Below the pieces are notes generated by a model. The model did not search any database, was not told the origin of the DNA, and saw nothing but the letters and a program-made list of their open reading frames with translations. Positions 25,709 to 38,005 of a stretch of DNA of 64,000 nt are shown here, piece after piece; within the stretch, counting starts at the first letter, position 1; every line of letters starts with the position of its first letter. The position numbers and the translations under genes are program-made. The stretch comes from Laetmonice hystrix (taxonomy: Eukaryota), in NCBI GenBank assembly GCA_965235115.1, contig OZ249436.1, positions 4,652,001 to 4,716,000 of the forward strand. The letters run 5' to 3'.

Positions 25709-26522
25709 CCGGCAGCGCTCCTTTAGCTTCTCCAAGTATTACGTGAAGAACCCCAGTAAAAACGTGCTGCCATTCTTGCCAACATAATACAGTCGGCCTC
25801 TTTTTTTGTTTAAAAAATTACATGAAAAAAAAATCCACAAGAAATTAAATATTGGAAGAAATCTAGCGGAAGTAATCGGTTTGTTCTCTCTGTATGGCCA
25901 GACAAACTGATTGAATGAATGGCTGATCGTTTCATACCCGCCAAACCTTCTTCTATAGACAGTTGCGTGACCATCCAAGTATGAGGGCTGTCACAAAGCA
26001 GTCGCGAGTCGCCCTAATAATCCACATGAATGAATGAATAAGGCTTTATTGAACCTGACTTGTTACATCAAGTATTTTGTTCAAAGCGGCACAAGTAAAC
26101 AATAAACAATAGTGACAGTGTCAGTAATATATAAATGATATGTAGGCCTACAATGTATTTACAAGTAGCCTACGACTAGATTCTTCTACCTGATCTGAGG
26201 CCAGTATATGGTGCCTGTCTGTGGATTAAGTTTCAATTAAGAGATTTCCCCTAATTTTGGTGACACTCTTCAGGTACGTGGACAGTATCTGTATTAATTC
26301 TATATGTTTTTCCCGCATAATGAAAATGAATTTCTCTTGAGTTAACCCGTGTCGTTCATGTTTTGATATATGGGGGGGGGGTTACTCAGTTTTTGGGTCA
26401 TGCTCTTCTGTGTATGTTAAATTTCTGGCATTTCATGGTATTCGTCCCAACATTCCCTTTACATGTACATGCAGGATGTCCCCCAAAACTGTCCAGGCCA
26501 AACTAGGCAACCTCAGAACCTA

Positions 26523-26746
26523 TTACATGAAAAATAGTCTTTAATTCATCAAAGTCAGTCAAGCAAATCAAAAGTTATGCCGGTTTTGGTGGAACGAATT
26601 ATTTGTCTCTTTTTACAGTGGCCAGTTCTAGCTGTCAAATAATGAGATCTGGCTAATGAACTAGGGTCTGACTTTGCTGCACTAAAATGGCATAACTTTT
26701 GAATCGCTTGACTGATTTTGATGAAATAAAGACTTTTTTAATGTAA
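26523..26746. mobile_element. Inverted-repeat core of a MITE remnant (possibly Tc1/mariner type)
   Basis: ttacatgaaaaatagtctttaattcatcaaagtcagtcaagc..tcaaaagttatgcc is the inverse of ggcataacttttgaatcgcttgactgattttgatgaaataaagact..aatgtaa. Confidence 0.65.
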
Positions 26747-27559
26747 GAAGATTCCACACCAGACTCTGGGGTCGGCGGGGACTTCTAACGATTCCCTGGA
26801 CACCTTTTCCCTGGCTTGTAACGACAGTCTTCAGTTGTTGTTGGGTGTCAACCTTTACGCCGTTGACACGAAAACCTTTACGTCATTGACACGAGCCCTA
26901 TTGTCCCCGCTCTCCCTCTCAATCTCCTCCGACTTCACAAAGCAAGATGGTGTCTTCAATCTAGTTTCTGTGTCTCATGATGTGTCACTATGGTTACTGG
27001 TGTGGAATTCGTATCCACAAACGTGAAGAACCTTTAACCTCACAGGGGCACACGTCCTGTTGAGAGATCAATCACGGAGTGAAACATCTCTCAGTTTCCC
27101 AGTGGGAACCTTTATGACCTGTATACAGAACTGGTTGGTAATATTTACAACTCGGCCTAGCCTGCGGAACCTGAAAAACACCATGGACTGTCTGCGCATG
27201 CGCTGACCGCTCAGAACGAGGTCCGAAGAGTGATGGCGCCAGGAATATATTGACATTCATAAGGTTCAACTGAGATATTACGATTGCCCACTACGGGAGT
27301 AATGTCCCACAATATGGGGCCGCTTTAATGGAAAGTACATTGTTATGTGGACATACATGTGACGACCACTTTATTGGATGATTTGCTGGTCGACAGCCGT
27401 TCTTTTCGGAGCACAATGCAAGGCTGGAAGCCCAGTCCTTGTAGAACACTGTTGATGTACTACTAGACCCATCATTGAAGTCTAGCCGAATTTTATAGCA
27501 ATAACCAAGCGATCCGTCAATAAAACAGGTTGGCTGTTGTGTGGATGTTTTGTAACCCC

Positions 27560-27822
27560 GTCAGTCAGTCAGTCAGTCAGTCAATTAGTCAGTCAGTCAG
27601 TCAGTCAGTCAGTCAGTCAATTAGTCAGTCAGACAGACAGTCAATCAGTCAGTCAGTCAGTCAGACAGACAGTCAATCAGTCAGTCAGTCAGACAGTCAG
27701 TCAGTCAATCAGTCAATCAGTCAATCAGTCAGTCAGTCAATCAGTCAGACAGACAGTCAGACAGACAGTCAGTCAGTCAATCAGTCAGTCAGTCAATCAG
27801 TCAGTCAGTCAATCAGTCAGTA
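27560..27822 (+). repeat. (CAGT)n microsatellite with CAAT/CAGA variants
   Basis: Directly visible. Confidence 0.97.
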
Positions 27823-27973
27823 GGATTATTCCCCCATGATAACTTCCCCACAAGATTTTTGTGTTTTGGAGAGGTGTAGGGACCTGGAGTAGGGGTTAGG
27901 GATAAGGCCAGGTCTATGGATCTTTACTGTTGACCAGATTATGGGGGTTTTAAGTTATCACGGGCGATGTGCC
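27823..27973. mobile_element. Small MULE-like MITE with central ttaggg-like tract
   Basis: Arms cccccatgataactt / aagttatcacgggcg. Direct repeat gtcagtagg on both flanks (27816-27824 and 27974-27982); left boundary ambiguous by 2 bp. Confidence 0.5.
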
Positions 27974-29079
27974 GTCAGTAGGGACTAGTACGGACTCACA
28001 ATGGGTTGTCTAGGAATATAGCTAAGCTTCCCCCTGGATTTGGTCCTGACTTGAATAACCTAATAAAAAATAATCACCCCAGTCATTATGTAAAACAACA
28101 ACCTCCTCACAGAGAAATCTGTGGCAGCCTGTGATTGAGAATGAGCTCAGGTGTAGAGGTTTCCTGTTTATGATTTAGAGGCATTCAGCTACAGGATATC
28201 CTCCAGAAAATAAAACAAATAGAACCATTGATATTGGTTCAATCGTCCGTCGTTGATAACTCGTTCTTCGCGGCGAGAACGGAAATCATGAAAACAATAG
28301 ACTTCATTTCCATTTCTGGCATTTTGTTATCCATTTAGTAAAGAGTAGTATTAGTGATCGCTAATCTGTAATAATTTGTGTTGTTCTTTCGTTTTTGCTA
28401 TTCAGAAATCCGTAGTAATCAGGCCTGGGGCTTGTTGTTAACGTCGGTGTATTCAGTGTCCTGTACCTACGTTCCACAGGAACCGGATGTGGTACATAGC
28501 TCACATCGAGGCTAATTACACCACCAAACCACGAATTAACGAATAAAACTGCCTTTTCCAGCCGACCATATGCCGGAAACGAAGCGGTGTTGACAGATTT
28601 TAGAGGTTAATAGCCAATTTGATTAATGTAACCTAGAAAATACTCCCGTCAGGACCTCGTCAAGAAGAGCGAACCTTCCGTTTTAACAAACGACCCGCAT
28701 GTTGACTGAGGCGGTTTAATACCAACCTGCCATTGTCTCTGAAATGATGTCCTAAAAACCTCACCTGTCGTGGGAATTATAGAAGATATTCTTTTAAACA
28801 ACGCGCATCAAATACTACGGTGTTGTGTTCCCGGCATGCAGCAGGAAGTTTTGAAACTTCCGGTGCTAAGAAAAACTCATAGAAAAAATATGGTCAGTTC
28901 TACTTTAGAATGCCATGAATGCAGTTATGAATGGTAAAGATGACAGACAGGGATTGGCCCTCAATGGCCGTCACTGACCATCACATCTAGCAGCTGTCAT
29001 GTATCCATGGCAACACCACCTTATAAGGTACAAGTCCACTATACTGCGATTGGACGCCGGATATCGTATCGCCCGAAAT

Positions 29080-29267
29080 GGTGCACGGACATTTGGGCCA
29101 CGGACAATTGGGCCACGGACGTTTTGGGCCAACCTGGAACCTAGGCCATTTTGGCCACGTGTGTAGGGTTAGGGTTAAGGTTAGGGATAGTGTTAGTGTT
29201 AGGTTTGCAGGTTCGTGGCCCAAAACGTCCGTGGCCCAAATGTTCGTGGTCCAAATGTCCTACATTC
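29080..29267. mobile_element. MULE-like MITE with tandem arms and central (TTAGGG)-like tract
   Basis: Three ggacatttgggccac-type units inverted to three gtggcccaaatgtcc-type units; centre agggttagggttaaggttaggg; 9-bp flanks gcccgaaat / gccgaaaat. Confidence 0.7.
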
Positions 29268-29364
29268 GCCGAAAATATAGAGTGTGCATATGAACAGTGT
29301 ACAACCAAGGCAAACATTCACAATGTGCACCGCATGACAACATGGTCACTTAAAGACATCTATA

Positions 29365-32270
29365 TTCAGTACGGCAGAGAACCCCTTCTCACAGACTACA
29401 CCCCACAGGTTCAGTAGGGCCAAGAAATACTTTCTCACAGACTACACCCCACAGGTTCAGTAGGGCCAAGAAATACTTTCTCACAGACTACACCCCACAG
29501 GTTCAGTAGGGCCAAGAAATACTTTCTCACAGACTACAGCCAACAGGTTCAGTATAGGGCCAAGAAATACTTTCTCACAGACTACACCCCACAGGTTCAG
29601 TAGGGCCAAGAAATACTTTCTCACAGACTACACCCCACAGGTTCAGTAGGGCCAAGAAATACTTTCTCACAGACTACAACACACAGGTTCAGGAGGGCCA
29701 AGAAATACTTTCTCACAGACTACAGCCAACAGGTTCAGTATAGGGCCAAGAAATACTTTCTCACAGACTACAGCCAACAGGTTCAGTAGGGCCAAGAAAT
29801 ACTTTCTCACAGACTACACCCCACAGGTTCAGTAGGGCCAAGAAATACTTTCTCACAGACTACAGCCAACAGGTTCAGTATAGGGCCAAGAAATACTTTC
29901 TCACAGACTACAGCCAACAGGTTCAGTAGGGCCAAGAAATACTTTCTCACAGACTACACCCCACAGGTTCAGTAGGGCCAAGAAATACTTTCTCACAGAC
30001 TACAACCCACAGGTTCAGTAGGGCCAAGGAATACTTTCTCACAGACTACAACCTACAGGTTCAGTAGGGCCAAGAAATACTTTCTCACAGACTACAACAC
30101 ACAGGTTCAATAGGGCCAAGAAATACTTTCTCACAGACTACAACCCACAGGTTCAGTAGGTCCAAGAAATACTTTCTCACAGGCTACAACCCACAGGTTC
30201 AGTAGGGCCAAGGAATACTTTCTCACAGACTACAACACACAGGTTCAGTAGGGCCAAGAAATACTTTCTCACAGACTACAACACACAGGTTCAGTAGGGC
30301 CAAGAAATACTTTCTCACAGACTACAACACACAGGTTCAGTAGGGCCAAGAAATACTTTCTCACAGACTACAACCCACAGGTTCAGTAGGGCCAAGAAAT
30401 ACTTTCTCACAGACTACACCCCACAGGTTCAGTAGGGCCAAGAAATACTTTCTCACAGACTACAACACACAGGTTTAGTAGGGCCAAGAAATACTTTCTC
30501 ACAGACTACAACACACAGGTTCTGTAGGGCCAAGAAATACTTTCTCACAGACTACACCCCACAGGTTCAGTAGGGCCAAGGAATACTTTCTCACAGACTG
30601 CAACACACAGGTTTAGTAGGGCCAAGAAATACTTTCTCACAGACTACAACCCACAGGTTCAGTAGGGCCAAGAAATACTTTCTCACAGACTACAACCCAC
30701 AGGTTCAGTAGGGCCAAGGAATACTTTCTCACAGACTACAACACACAGGTTCAGTAGGGCCAAGGAATACTTTCTCACAGACTACACCCCACAGATTCAG
30801 TGGGGCCAAGAAATACTTTCTCACAGACTACACCCCACAGGTTCAGTAGGGCCAAGAAATACTTTCTCACAGACTACACCCCACAGGTTCGGTAGGGCCA
30901 AGGAATACTTTCTCACAGACTACAACCCACAGGTTCAGTAGGGCCAAGAAATACTTTCTCACAGACTACAACCCACAGGTTCAGTAGGGCCAAGAAATAC
31001 TTTCTCACAGACTACACCCCACAGGTTCAGTAGGGCCAAGAAATACTTTCTCACAGACTACAACACACAGGTTCAGTAGGGCCAAGGAATACTTTCTCAC
31101 AGACTACAGCCAACAGGTTCAGTATAGGGCCAAGAAATACTTTCTCACAGACTACAGCCAACAGGTTCAGTAGGGCCAAGAAATACTTTCTCACAGACTA
31201 CAGCCAACAGGTTCAGTAGGGCCAAGAAATACTTTCTCACAGACTACAGCCAACAGGTTCAGTAGGGCCAAGAAATACTTTCTCACAGACTACAGCCAAC
31301 AGGTTCAGTAGGGCCAAGAAATACTTTCTCACAGACTACAGCCAACAGGTTCAGTAGGGCCAAGAAATACTTTCTCACAGACTACAGCCAACAGGTTCAG
31401 TAGGGCCAAGAAATACTTTCTCACAGACTACAGCCAACAGGTTCAGTAGGGCCAAGAAATACTTTCTCACAGACTACAGCCAACAGGTTCAGTAGGGCCA
31501 AGAAATACTTTCTCACAGACTACACCCCACAGGTTCAGTAGGGCCAAGAAATACTTTCTCACAGACTACAACCCACAGGTTCAGTAGGGCCAAGAAATAC
31601 TTTCTCACAGACTACAACACACAGGTTCAGTAGGGCCAAGGAATACTTTCTCACAGACTACAACAGACAGGTTCAGTAGGGCCAAGAAATACTTTCTCAC
31701 AGACTACAACCCACAGGTTCAGTAGGGCCAAGAAATACTTTCTCACAGACTACAACACACAGGTTCAGTAGGGCCAAGGAATACTTTCTCACAGACTACA
31801 ACCCACAGGTTCAGTGGGGCCAAGAAATACTTTCTCACAGACTACAACCAACAGGTTCAGTAGGGCCAAGAAATACTTTCTCACAGACTACAGCCAACAG
31901 ATTCAGTATAGGGCCAAGAAATACTTTCTCACAGACTACAGCCAACAGGTTCAGTATAGGGCCAAGAAATACTTTCTCACAGGCTACAACCCACAGGTTC
32001 AGTAGGGCCAAGGAATACTTTCTCACAGACTACAACCCACAGGTTCAGTGGGGCCAAGAAATACTTTCTCACAGACTACAACCAACAGGTTCAGTAGGGC
32101 CAAGAAATACTTTCTCACAGACTACAACACACAGGTTCAGTAGGGCCAAGAAATACTTTCTCACAGACTACACCCCACAGGTTCAGTAGGGCCAAGAAAT
32201 ACTTTCTCACAGACTACAACCTACAGGTTCAGTAGGGCCAAGAACTACTTTCTCACAGACTACAGCCCAC
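29365..32270 (+). repeat. 46-bp (occasionally 48-bp) minisatellite, ~63 copies
   Basis: Unit agggccaagaaatactttctcacagactacaNNNNacaggttcagt; period 46 (29416 to 29462). Confidence 0.97.
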
Positions 32271-33296
32271 CGCTGTCCCTCTAGTGAGAGAAGAAATCAA
32301 ACTAGATACCCGGGATTTGAACTGATAGTAAAGGATGGTTTGGGGGATGGAGAGCGCCTTAATGCACGGGGCCTGTGGTGATGTCCGAGACTGTATGGAT
32401 GTTTGCCCTGCTCCTGACGACGGCGCTGATGGTGTTGAAGATAAAATGTAGACACTATTATCTTTAACATCTTTAACAGTGCAGCCAAAGATTTATTTTT
32501 CTCCTCCTTCTTTTTCTTCTTTTAATAACAGCGGTTTCCTTATAGAGGTAAAGAAACCCAATCTCAGCCAACTAATACTAATGCACTTTCCGTGTTTCCG
32601 GTTCGTTATTGGTAGCTATCTATGCGCATCTAATTTGTTAATTAAATTAACAGATGCTGGGTTTCTTTCGGGGTTGATCCCTTGTCTACCGACCTGACGA
32701 GGAAGTCAACCTTGTTTTTTGTCACGGGATAAACAAATTAATTTGGAAACAAATGGATCCAATTAAGTGGCTTAATTCCCTGCACTATCTTCAATAATGG
32801 CGCATGTCCCATTAAACATGTCAACTGTTTTATTAGAATTATTCTCCTCCATATCTGCGCCAGAACCCTGAAAATCACGAAATCAACACCAACTACCGTA
32901 GAATCTGTATAAATCGGATTGTACAATATGTCAGAGATTCAGGAAGGACTAAGGTATAAATAAAAATGGATAGTTGACAATGGCATCCAATAACAGGTAG
33001 CCCAATTAAGATGAATACAATGCATAATATAGCTCTGTTGCTATGCAATTTACAGACGAACCCCCTGATATTTTCATGTTTCAGAGACGCACTGAGAGCA
33101 ACCGGAGTAGGCAGGAGTTGGCGAGAGGGTCGGATGAAGACAATTAGCCTGAAGGAAGGAGGAAAAAGACGGACAGCAAAATGATTGGTCACTTGGTGAA
33201 AACGCCAATGGGTTTATGGCCGCATAGGGAAGACTCCCCGTAAATCCAGCCTCTCTCAGATTAAAGTCAGAGAAAACTCATCTGGCGGCTGCAAAC

Positions 33297-33756
33297 ATGG
33301 CCATGGTACCGGATAGCTCGAGCGGTTGGAATGTTACCGTCCAATTCAATGTCAGTCTGACGACTGGGCCTGACTGGCAGAGCCTGTGGCGGGCAGAGCC
33401 GGGCCCGACGGCTGACCCTTGGCTGGGACCAGTCGGTGTACTGACGTCCAACCTGACGACCGTTGACGGGGGTAACGCCGAGCACGTCACTACCGTCATG
33501 GATGACGACATGCCATCTAGCGGCAAGCCTTGGAACCTTCTCCGGCAGTCGATTGCTATGATCGTAATTCTCACCTTTGCCTACGTGGTCGTCTTCGTGC
33601 TGGCCATTGTCAACAATAGCCTGGTGGTGGCCGTAATCTGCCGCAATCCCCAGCTGAGAACTGTCACCAACTATTTCATCGCGAATCTCGCTATAGCTGA
33701 CATCATGATCTCTATCCTCGTCCTCCCCATTACACTCCTGTCTAATCTCTTTGAAG
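33297..33756 (+). CDS. SIFaR: SIFamide/NPFF receptor-like GPCR, coding exon 1 (N-terminus, TM1-TM2)
   Basis: ATG in aacATGG context. N-glycosylation sequons NVT, NVS, NLT. TM1-ICL1-TM2 sequence VNNSLVVAVICRNPQLRTVTNYFIANLAIAD. Donor GAAG|gtaagt at 33756/33757. Confidence 0.92.
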
Positions 33757-34092
33757 GTAAGTATAATCTATACTTCACATGCGTTCAATCATTCTATAGA
33801 GGTCTTACACACACTATTATAGACCGATGAATAAATCATTTTTAATATTATTGTATCTTAGCTTTTGCTTAGCGTTTGTGTTTTAGGCCTACTAAGTAGG
33901 TAACATCGTATTGTTCGCCATGTAGTCTGAAATATTTATGACGGCCAACTTATAGAACGGGTATGTAGCTTACCGTGCAGTCGTTCAATTTTATCTCCCA
34001 ATCTTTTACCATTTGAATTACCGGTCGTGTGGGGGATCACGTGGCCTAGAGCGGAGAAACTCTCTATACTTTTTCATGGCATATGTTGTTTA

Positions 34093-34497
34093 GCCCGATA
34101 CACACGATCCAACAAGTTGGACCCAACACGGTCGGATCCATTTTTTTTTGTTGGATGAAGTTGAACTCGTCTCTACTTCATCCAACAAGTTGGATGGTGT
34201 CAACTGTCAGAACACTACAAGAACTAATCAGAAGTTCTCCAGCAAATATGTGACCCCTCGCCACATGGTTTGAGGTCAGCAAAATAGCGTCAGGGAAGCA
34301 TCAGCTAAGTAATAGCCTTGGCCTTGTCTGTGATATACTTATAAATTTTATAATAGATGTCAAAAATGGAGGGAAAATCCACTGTGTGTTGGATGAGGTT
34401 GGATAGAAAAGTATGATCGTGTGTGTGGCTCAAGTTGGATCCTACTTTTCATCAGATTTGTTGGGTCCAACAAAAAGTTGGATCGTGTGTATCAGGC
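34093..34497. mobile_element. PIF/Harbinger-like MITE in GPCR intron 1
   Basis: TIRs gcccgatacacacgatccaac / gttggatcgtgtgtatcaggc with TTA TSD on both sides. Confidence 0.85.
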
Positions 34498-35312
34498 TTA
34501 GGCTATTGCTTTGAGCATAAAACGTGCTTTGAGCTACCTTCTTCACGCTGTAACGAAATCTGATATGAGGACCCTTTTAGTCTGACGACGGCTCGCGTGT
34601 TGCTGATTGGAGTCATATAACTGGCCTTTTACACACAGCTTGGTGCACTCCCTTAATACTTTAATGTTTCGAACATTTTCTTCGCTCTCTGACTGTGTAA
34701 AAATATTCAAAATGCCATTAGTCTTTTCTTTTAAACGATACATTGGTTGGACTCCTTAGAAAGGCGCTATTGTTATAAAAGGCATTAAATCTCGTTTAAA
34801 ACTCATTAAAATGAAAAGAAACTCTCCTTATCAAATAGCTCTAAGTGATTCTGGCACAAATGTCTATTGAATCAATGGGTAAATGATGGGTTTGCGTTGT
34901 GGCCAGTGGCACGCAATCATCCTGATACGTACGTCACCTGTCTGTCACCCACCGTCTGAGATTAGCCTGTCCAAACGCAATCTTTACCGAGAACCTTCGC
35001 CTGGAGCAAGCCATCAATTTTGTCACCTACTCTCTGATACTTTCTGGACTCTGCTGATCCAATCAGAAAGAAGTCTCGTGGCTAAACGAGATGATAGATC
35101 CACGGGCTGGGCCTAACGTCTGCCCCTCCTGTTTATCGGCTTACAGAAGGCAGGTGCCCCTCTTTCTGGGGATCAGACATCAACTATCGATCCTTTTAGT
35201 GTAACTACGGTATTAACCATAGATATAGGCCTACATGTAGAATAAATTACAATGGATGTTCATAAGACAGTAGGCCCTAGGCCTACGCTAACCAAGTAAC
35301 TTCTCAAGAGGC

Positions 35313-35432
35313 GTCGCGAGTCAAAATCCCGAGTCGTGAGTCGCAGTCACGAGTTGTGAGTCACAGTTCCGAGTCAAGAGTCGTAGCCAAGAGTCGCAGT
35401 CATGAGTCGTGAGTGACTGAGTCGCGAGTCGG
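35313..35432 (+). repeat. GAGTC-rich degenerate repeat (likely transposon subterminal remnant)
   Basis: About a dozen gagtc/cagtc motifs in 120 bp. Confidence 0.5.
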
Positions 35433-36079
35433 TCGTTGATGACGGAAAGGCCCTGCTAGCACGTTCTGGTGGTCAGAGAACCTATCGTAGGTCCTGACTA
35501 GGAGTTGGCAGTGGGTGAGCTACACCGACTAATCACCCATGATTTAGAGGATTTGCTCCGCGATACCCTCTGCCACACATGCCTAATCACGGACAGAATC
35601 TGTAACCCTACGCGTTTTACATTGTTGGCCATAGTTGCCATTTGTAGACCTTAACGTACCTCAAAGTCCCAAAACCGAAAGTACCAAGTGGATTATTCAC
35701 CGTAGAAGAGATACACATTGAGGAAATATTAGGAACTACTTTTGCGGAGGGACATCAGCTAGTCGTAAATTGGACAAGGCGATTTTTTTCTGAATAATTC
35801 AGGTTTTTCCGACTAGCTACTTCCCTCCCAACATGACGGATGTAGATGAAAGTGCTGACGATTTCTTCGATCTAAGACGTTGACATCTCATGTCGTAATT
35901 GGGCTGAGAGAAACGACGTCATTACAGTCATTAGCCGTGACAGATTAATTACTGAGCGAGGCACTGCTAGCTGAGATTATTTTTAAATAAACATGCCACT
36001 GATGTTTCTTTGAATGTGAAATGTTAATGTGCCTCCTGGGTTGTGTATTGCATGACTGTTCCGGTTGATCTCCCGACAG

Positions 36080-36179
36080 AGTGGTGGTTGGGACCTGTCC
36101 TATGCAAGGCGGCGCCATACCTACAGGGAGTGGTCGTCAGCTCGTCAGTTAACACTCTGGCAGCTGTCGCTGTAGAAAG
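36080..36179 (+). CDS. SIFaR: SIFamide/NPFF receptor-like GPCR, coding exon 2 (ECL1-TM3)
   Basis: Acceptor tctcccgacag|. Translates (E)WWLGPVLCKAAPYLQGVVVSSSVNTLAAVAVE(R). Donor GAAAG|gtaaaa. Phases match both neighbouring exons. Confidence 0.92.
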
Positions 36180-36519
36180 GTAAAACAATACTTACACTAT
36201 CAAACGAACAACTCTATATCATGTAGACTGTGTACGAATCAATTGGCAGATCGAATATCTGACATTATGGTATTATTGTATTAAGTTTACGATGTGAAAT
36301 GTATTTCCTTGCGGGCAGCAATCGAATGACGGAATTATCCTGTTTTATTGTGAACTAAAGTGTTTAGATTTCAAGAGTCTCAGTGATGATTGGCTAGCGT
36401 GTCTACATTCCCCAGTGTGACAGAACATTTCAGAAAGGAGAACGCCTCGTGACCTTGCTGCTCAGTGTTCTCGGGCAGTGACCTTTGCAAATCGTGTCAT
36501 TAACTTCCGGTTTGCAAGC

Positions 36520-36598
36520 ATCACTGCCCGTGGAGCTGAACCTAACATCCTCACGACTGCTCGCGACCCGTCCGACGACGGCTCCGCCAAGGTCTGGT
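36520..36598 (-). mobile_element. Degenerate tRNA-derived SINE head in GPCR intron 2
   Basis: Minus strand has A-box-like tggcggagccgtcgt and B-box-like ggttcagctcc at tRNA-like spacing. Confidence 0.35.
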
Positions 36599-37380
36599 CT
36601 TCCTGGCTCACGTGCGGATAAGGATACCGTAGATTCTAGAATTATAATATATTATAGGCCTATTCAATAGGCGTCTCGGCGTCGGTTCTACTGTTCTAAT
36701 CTAGTTCCCGAGTAGCTGATGACAGACTCTGCTTGTATTACGAACGTCCTTGTCACCATATTGTCACCATATATTGTAAGCAGCGTGTCCTTGCAGTGCT
36801 TCTAGGGGAGCTACGCTTATGAGACAATGCCTGCCTAATTATTATATTGACACGAATCCGCTAAGTGCGGGCCTAATTGTCTCCAGCTCGGGGGACAAAT
36901 TGGTGGCGCTGAACACTTTCCTCGGTCATCATTTCGAGGTGTTAGCTGCCTGTATAACGAGCGTTCAAGTACGATGGCTGATTCGGACAAGATGAATTAA
37001 AGAAAGGAAGTTGTTTTTTTTGTTGCGGTCCTGCTCCAGATTAGCGTTGACTTGCCAGCAAAAATTTACAGTTTATGAGGATTCGCTCTGCCTCTTCAAG
37101 CGGACTTTTTGAGTCCATGGTCATTTACCGATCGACGTTTCCACAACAAAGGACGTCACATGATTCCTCAACCAGGGCGAGATGGCGATGCACACTTTGT
37201 AACATGAAGCCGTTGAACAATGAAATGCTATTATGTGCAAAAACATGTAATTTCACGTGAAAAAGGTATAGACTGTTTCAGTTTGTACAATAGTTTGAAT
37301 AATGTATTATGTTACTGGAGTGTTCAGTTATCAAGGGACTGTATGTGTATTTATACACGTGTATGTTTTGTTTTTGACAG

Positions 37381-38005
37381 ATATCTCGCGATCTTCTATC
37401 CTCGTACGAACCGAATGACGCCGAAAATAGCCGCCATTGTTATCGCCTTTATATGGATTATCCCCATGTGTATCTTCATACCGTGGGCCATCGTCTATCG
37501 GCAGACCTTGCTGCACATCCGGGGATTCACCTATATCACGTGCATGCCCGTATGGAAAAGCTCAGCCAATCAGCGTGGCTACACACTGGGTGCAGTCTTT
37601 CTGACGTGTTATCTCATTCCTCTCATCTTCATCGCTATATTTTACCTCCTCATCGGAATCCGTGTCTGGAAGAGAAAGGTTGCCGGGATGAGGGGTACCC
37701 GAGTCGAGCGGAATATTCAACGTTCCAAGATCAAGGTCGTACGGATGTTGTTAGTAGTGTTTGTGGTGTTTGCGTTGCTATGGCTTCCATTGTACTCATT
37801 CAACGTTCGGGTATTGTTCGGCCCGCAGATGGGTTCCATGGAGAAGGTTATCATGAGACGATATTTGATGCCGTTAGCTCAGTGGTTGGGATCCGCTAAC
37901 AGTTGTGTGAATCCTTTCATTTACTGCTACTTCAGTGCGAACTTTAGAAAGAGTATCATCGCTGTGGTACGGAGCAAGTCGTGCTGTAGTAAGATTTCTC
38001 TCTAA
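37381..38005 (+). CDS. SIFaR: SIFamide/NPFF receptor-like GPCR, coding exon 3 (ERY to TM7, C-tail)
   Basis: Acceptor ttttgtttttgacag|. AG+A completes the Arg of ERY. Contains TM4-TM7 and NPFIY. Stop TAA at 38003-38005, with AATAAA motifs downstream near 38127 and 38524. Confidence 0.92.

Larger units (their letters stand above)
33297..38005 (+). other. SIFaR: Gene model: SIFamide/NPFF receptor-like rhodopsin-family GPCR, join(33297..33756,36080..36179,37381..38005), 394 aa
   Basis: Exons of 460+100+625 nt splice in frame through GT..AG introns (phase 1, then phase 2). The product has seven TM helices with LAxAD (TM2), WxLGxxxCK (ECL1), ERY, FxxxWLP (TM6) and NSCVNPFIY (TM7). The PYLQGV, KIKVVRML and AQWLGSANSC motifs resemble SIFamide receptors. 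Confidence 0.88.

Noticed and set aside
27530..27839. SQSV-repeat ORFs
   Set aside because: Translation of the (CAGT)n microsatellite.
29365..32270. CRISPR-like repeat/variable arrangement
   Set aside because: The variable part is only ~4 nt and recurrent, there are no unique spacers or cas genes, and the context is eukaryotic and intron-containing.
37220..37380. 5' extension of the 261-aa ORF, and 3' extension of the 177-aa ORF to 33830
   Set aside because: Intronic read-through beyond clear splice sites at 37380/37381 and 33756/33757.
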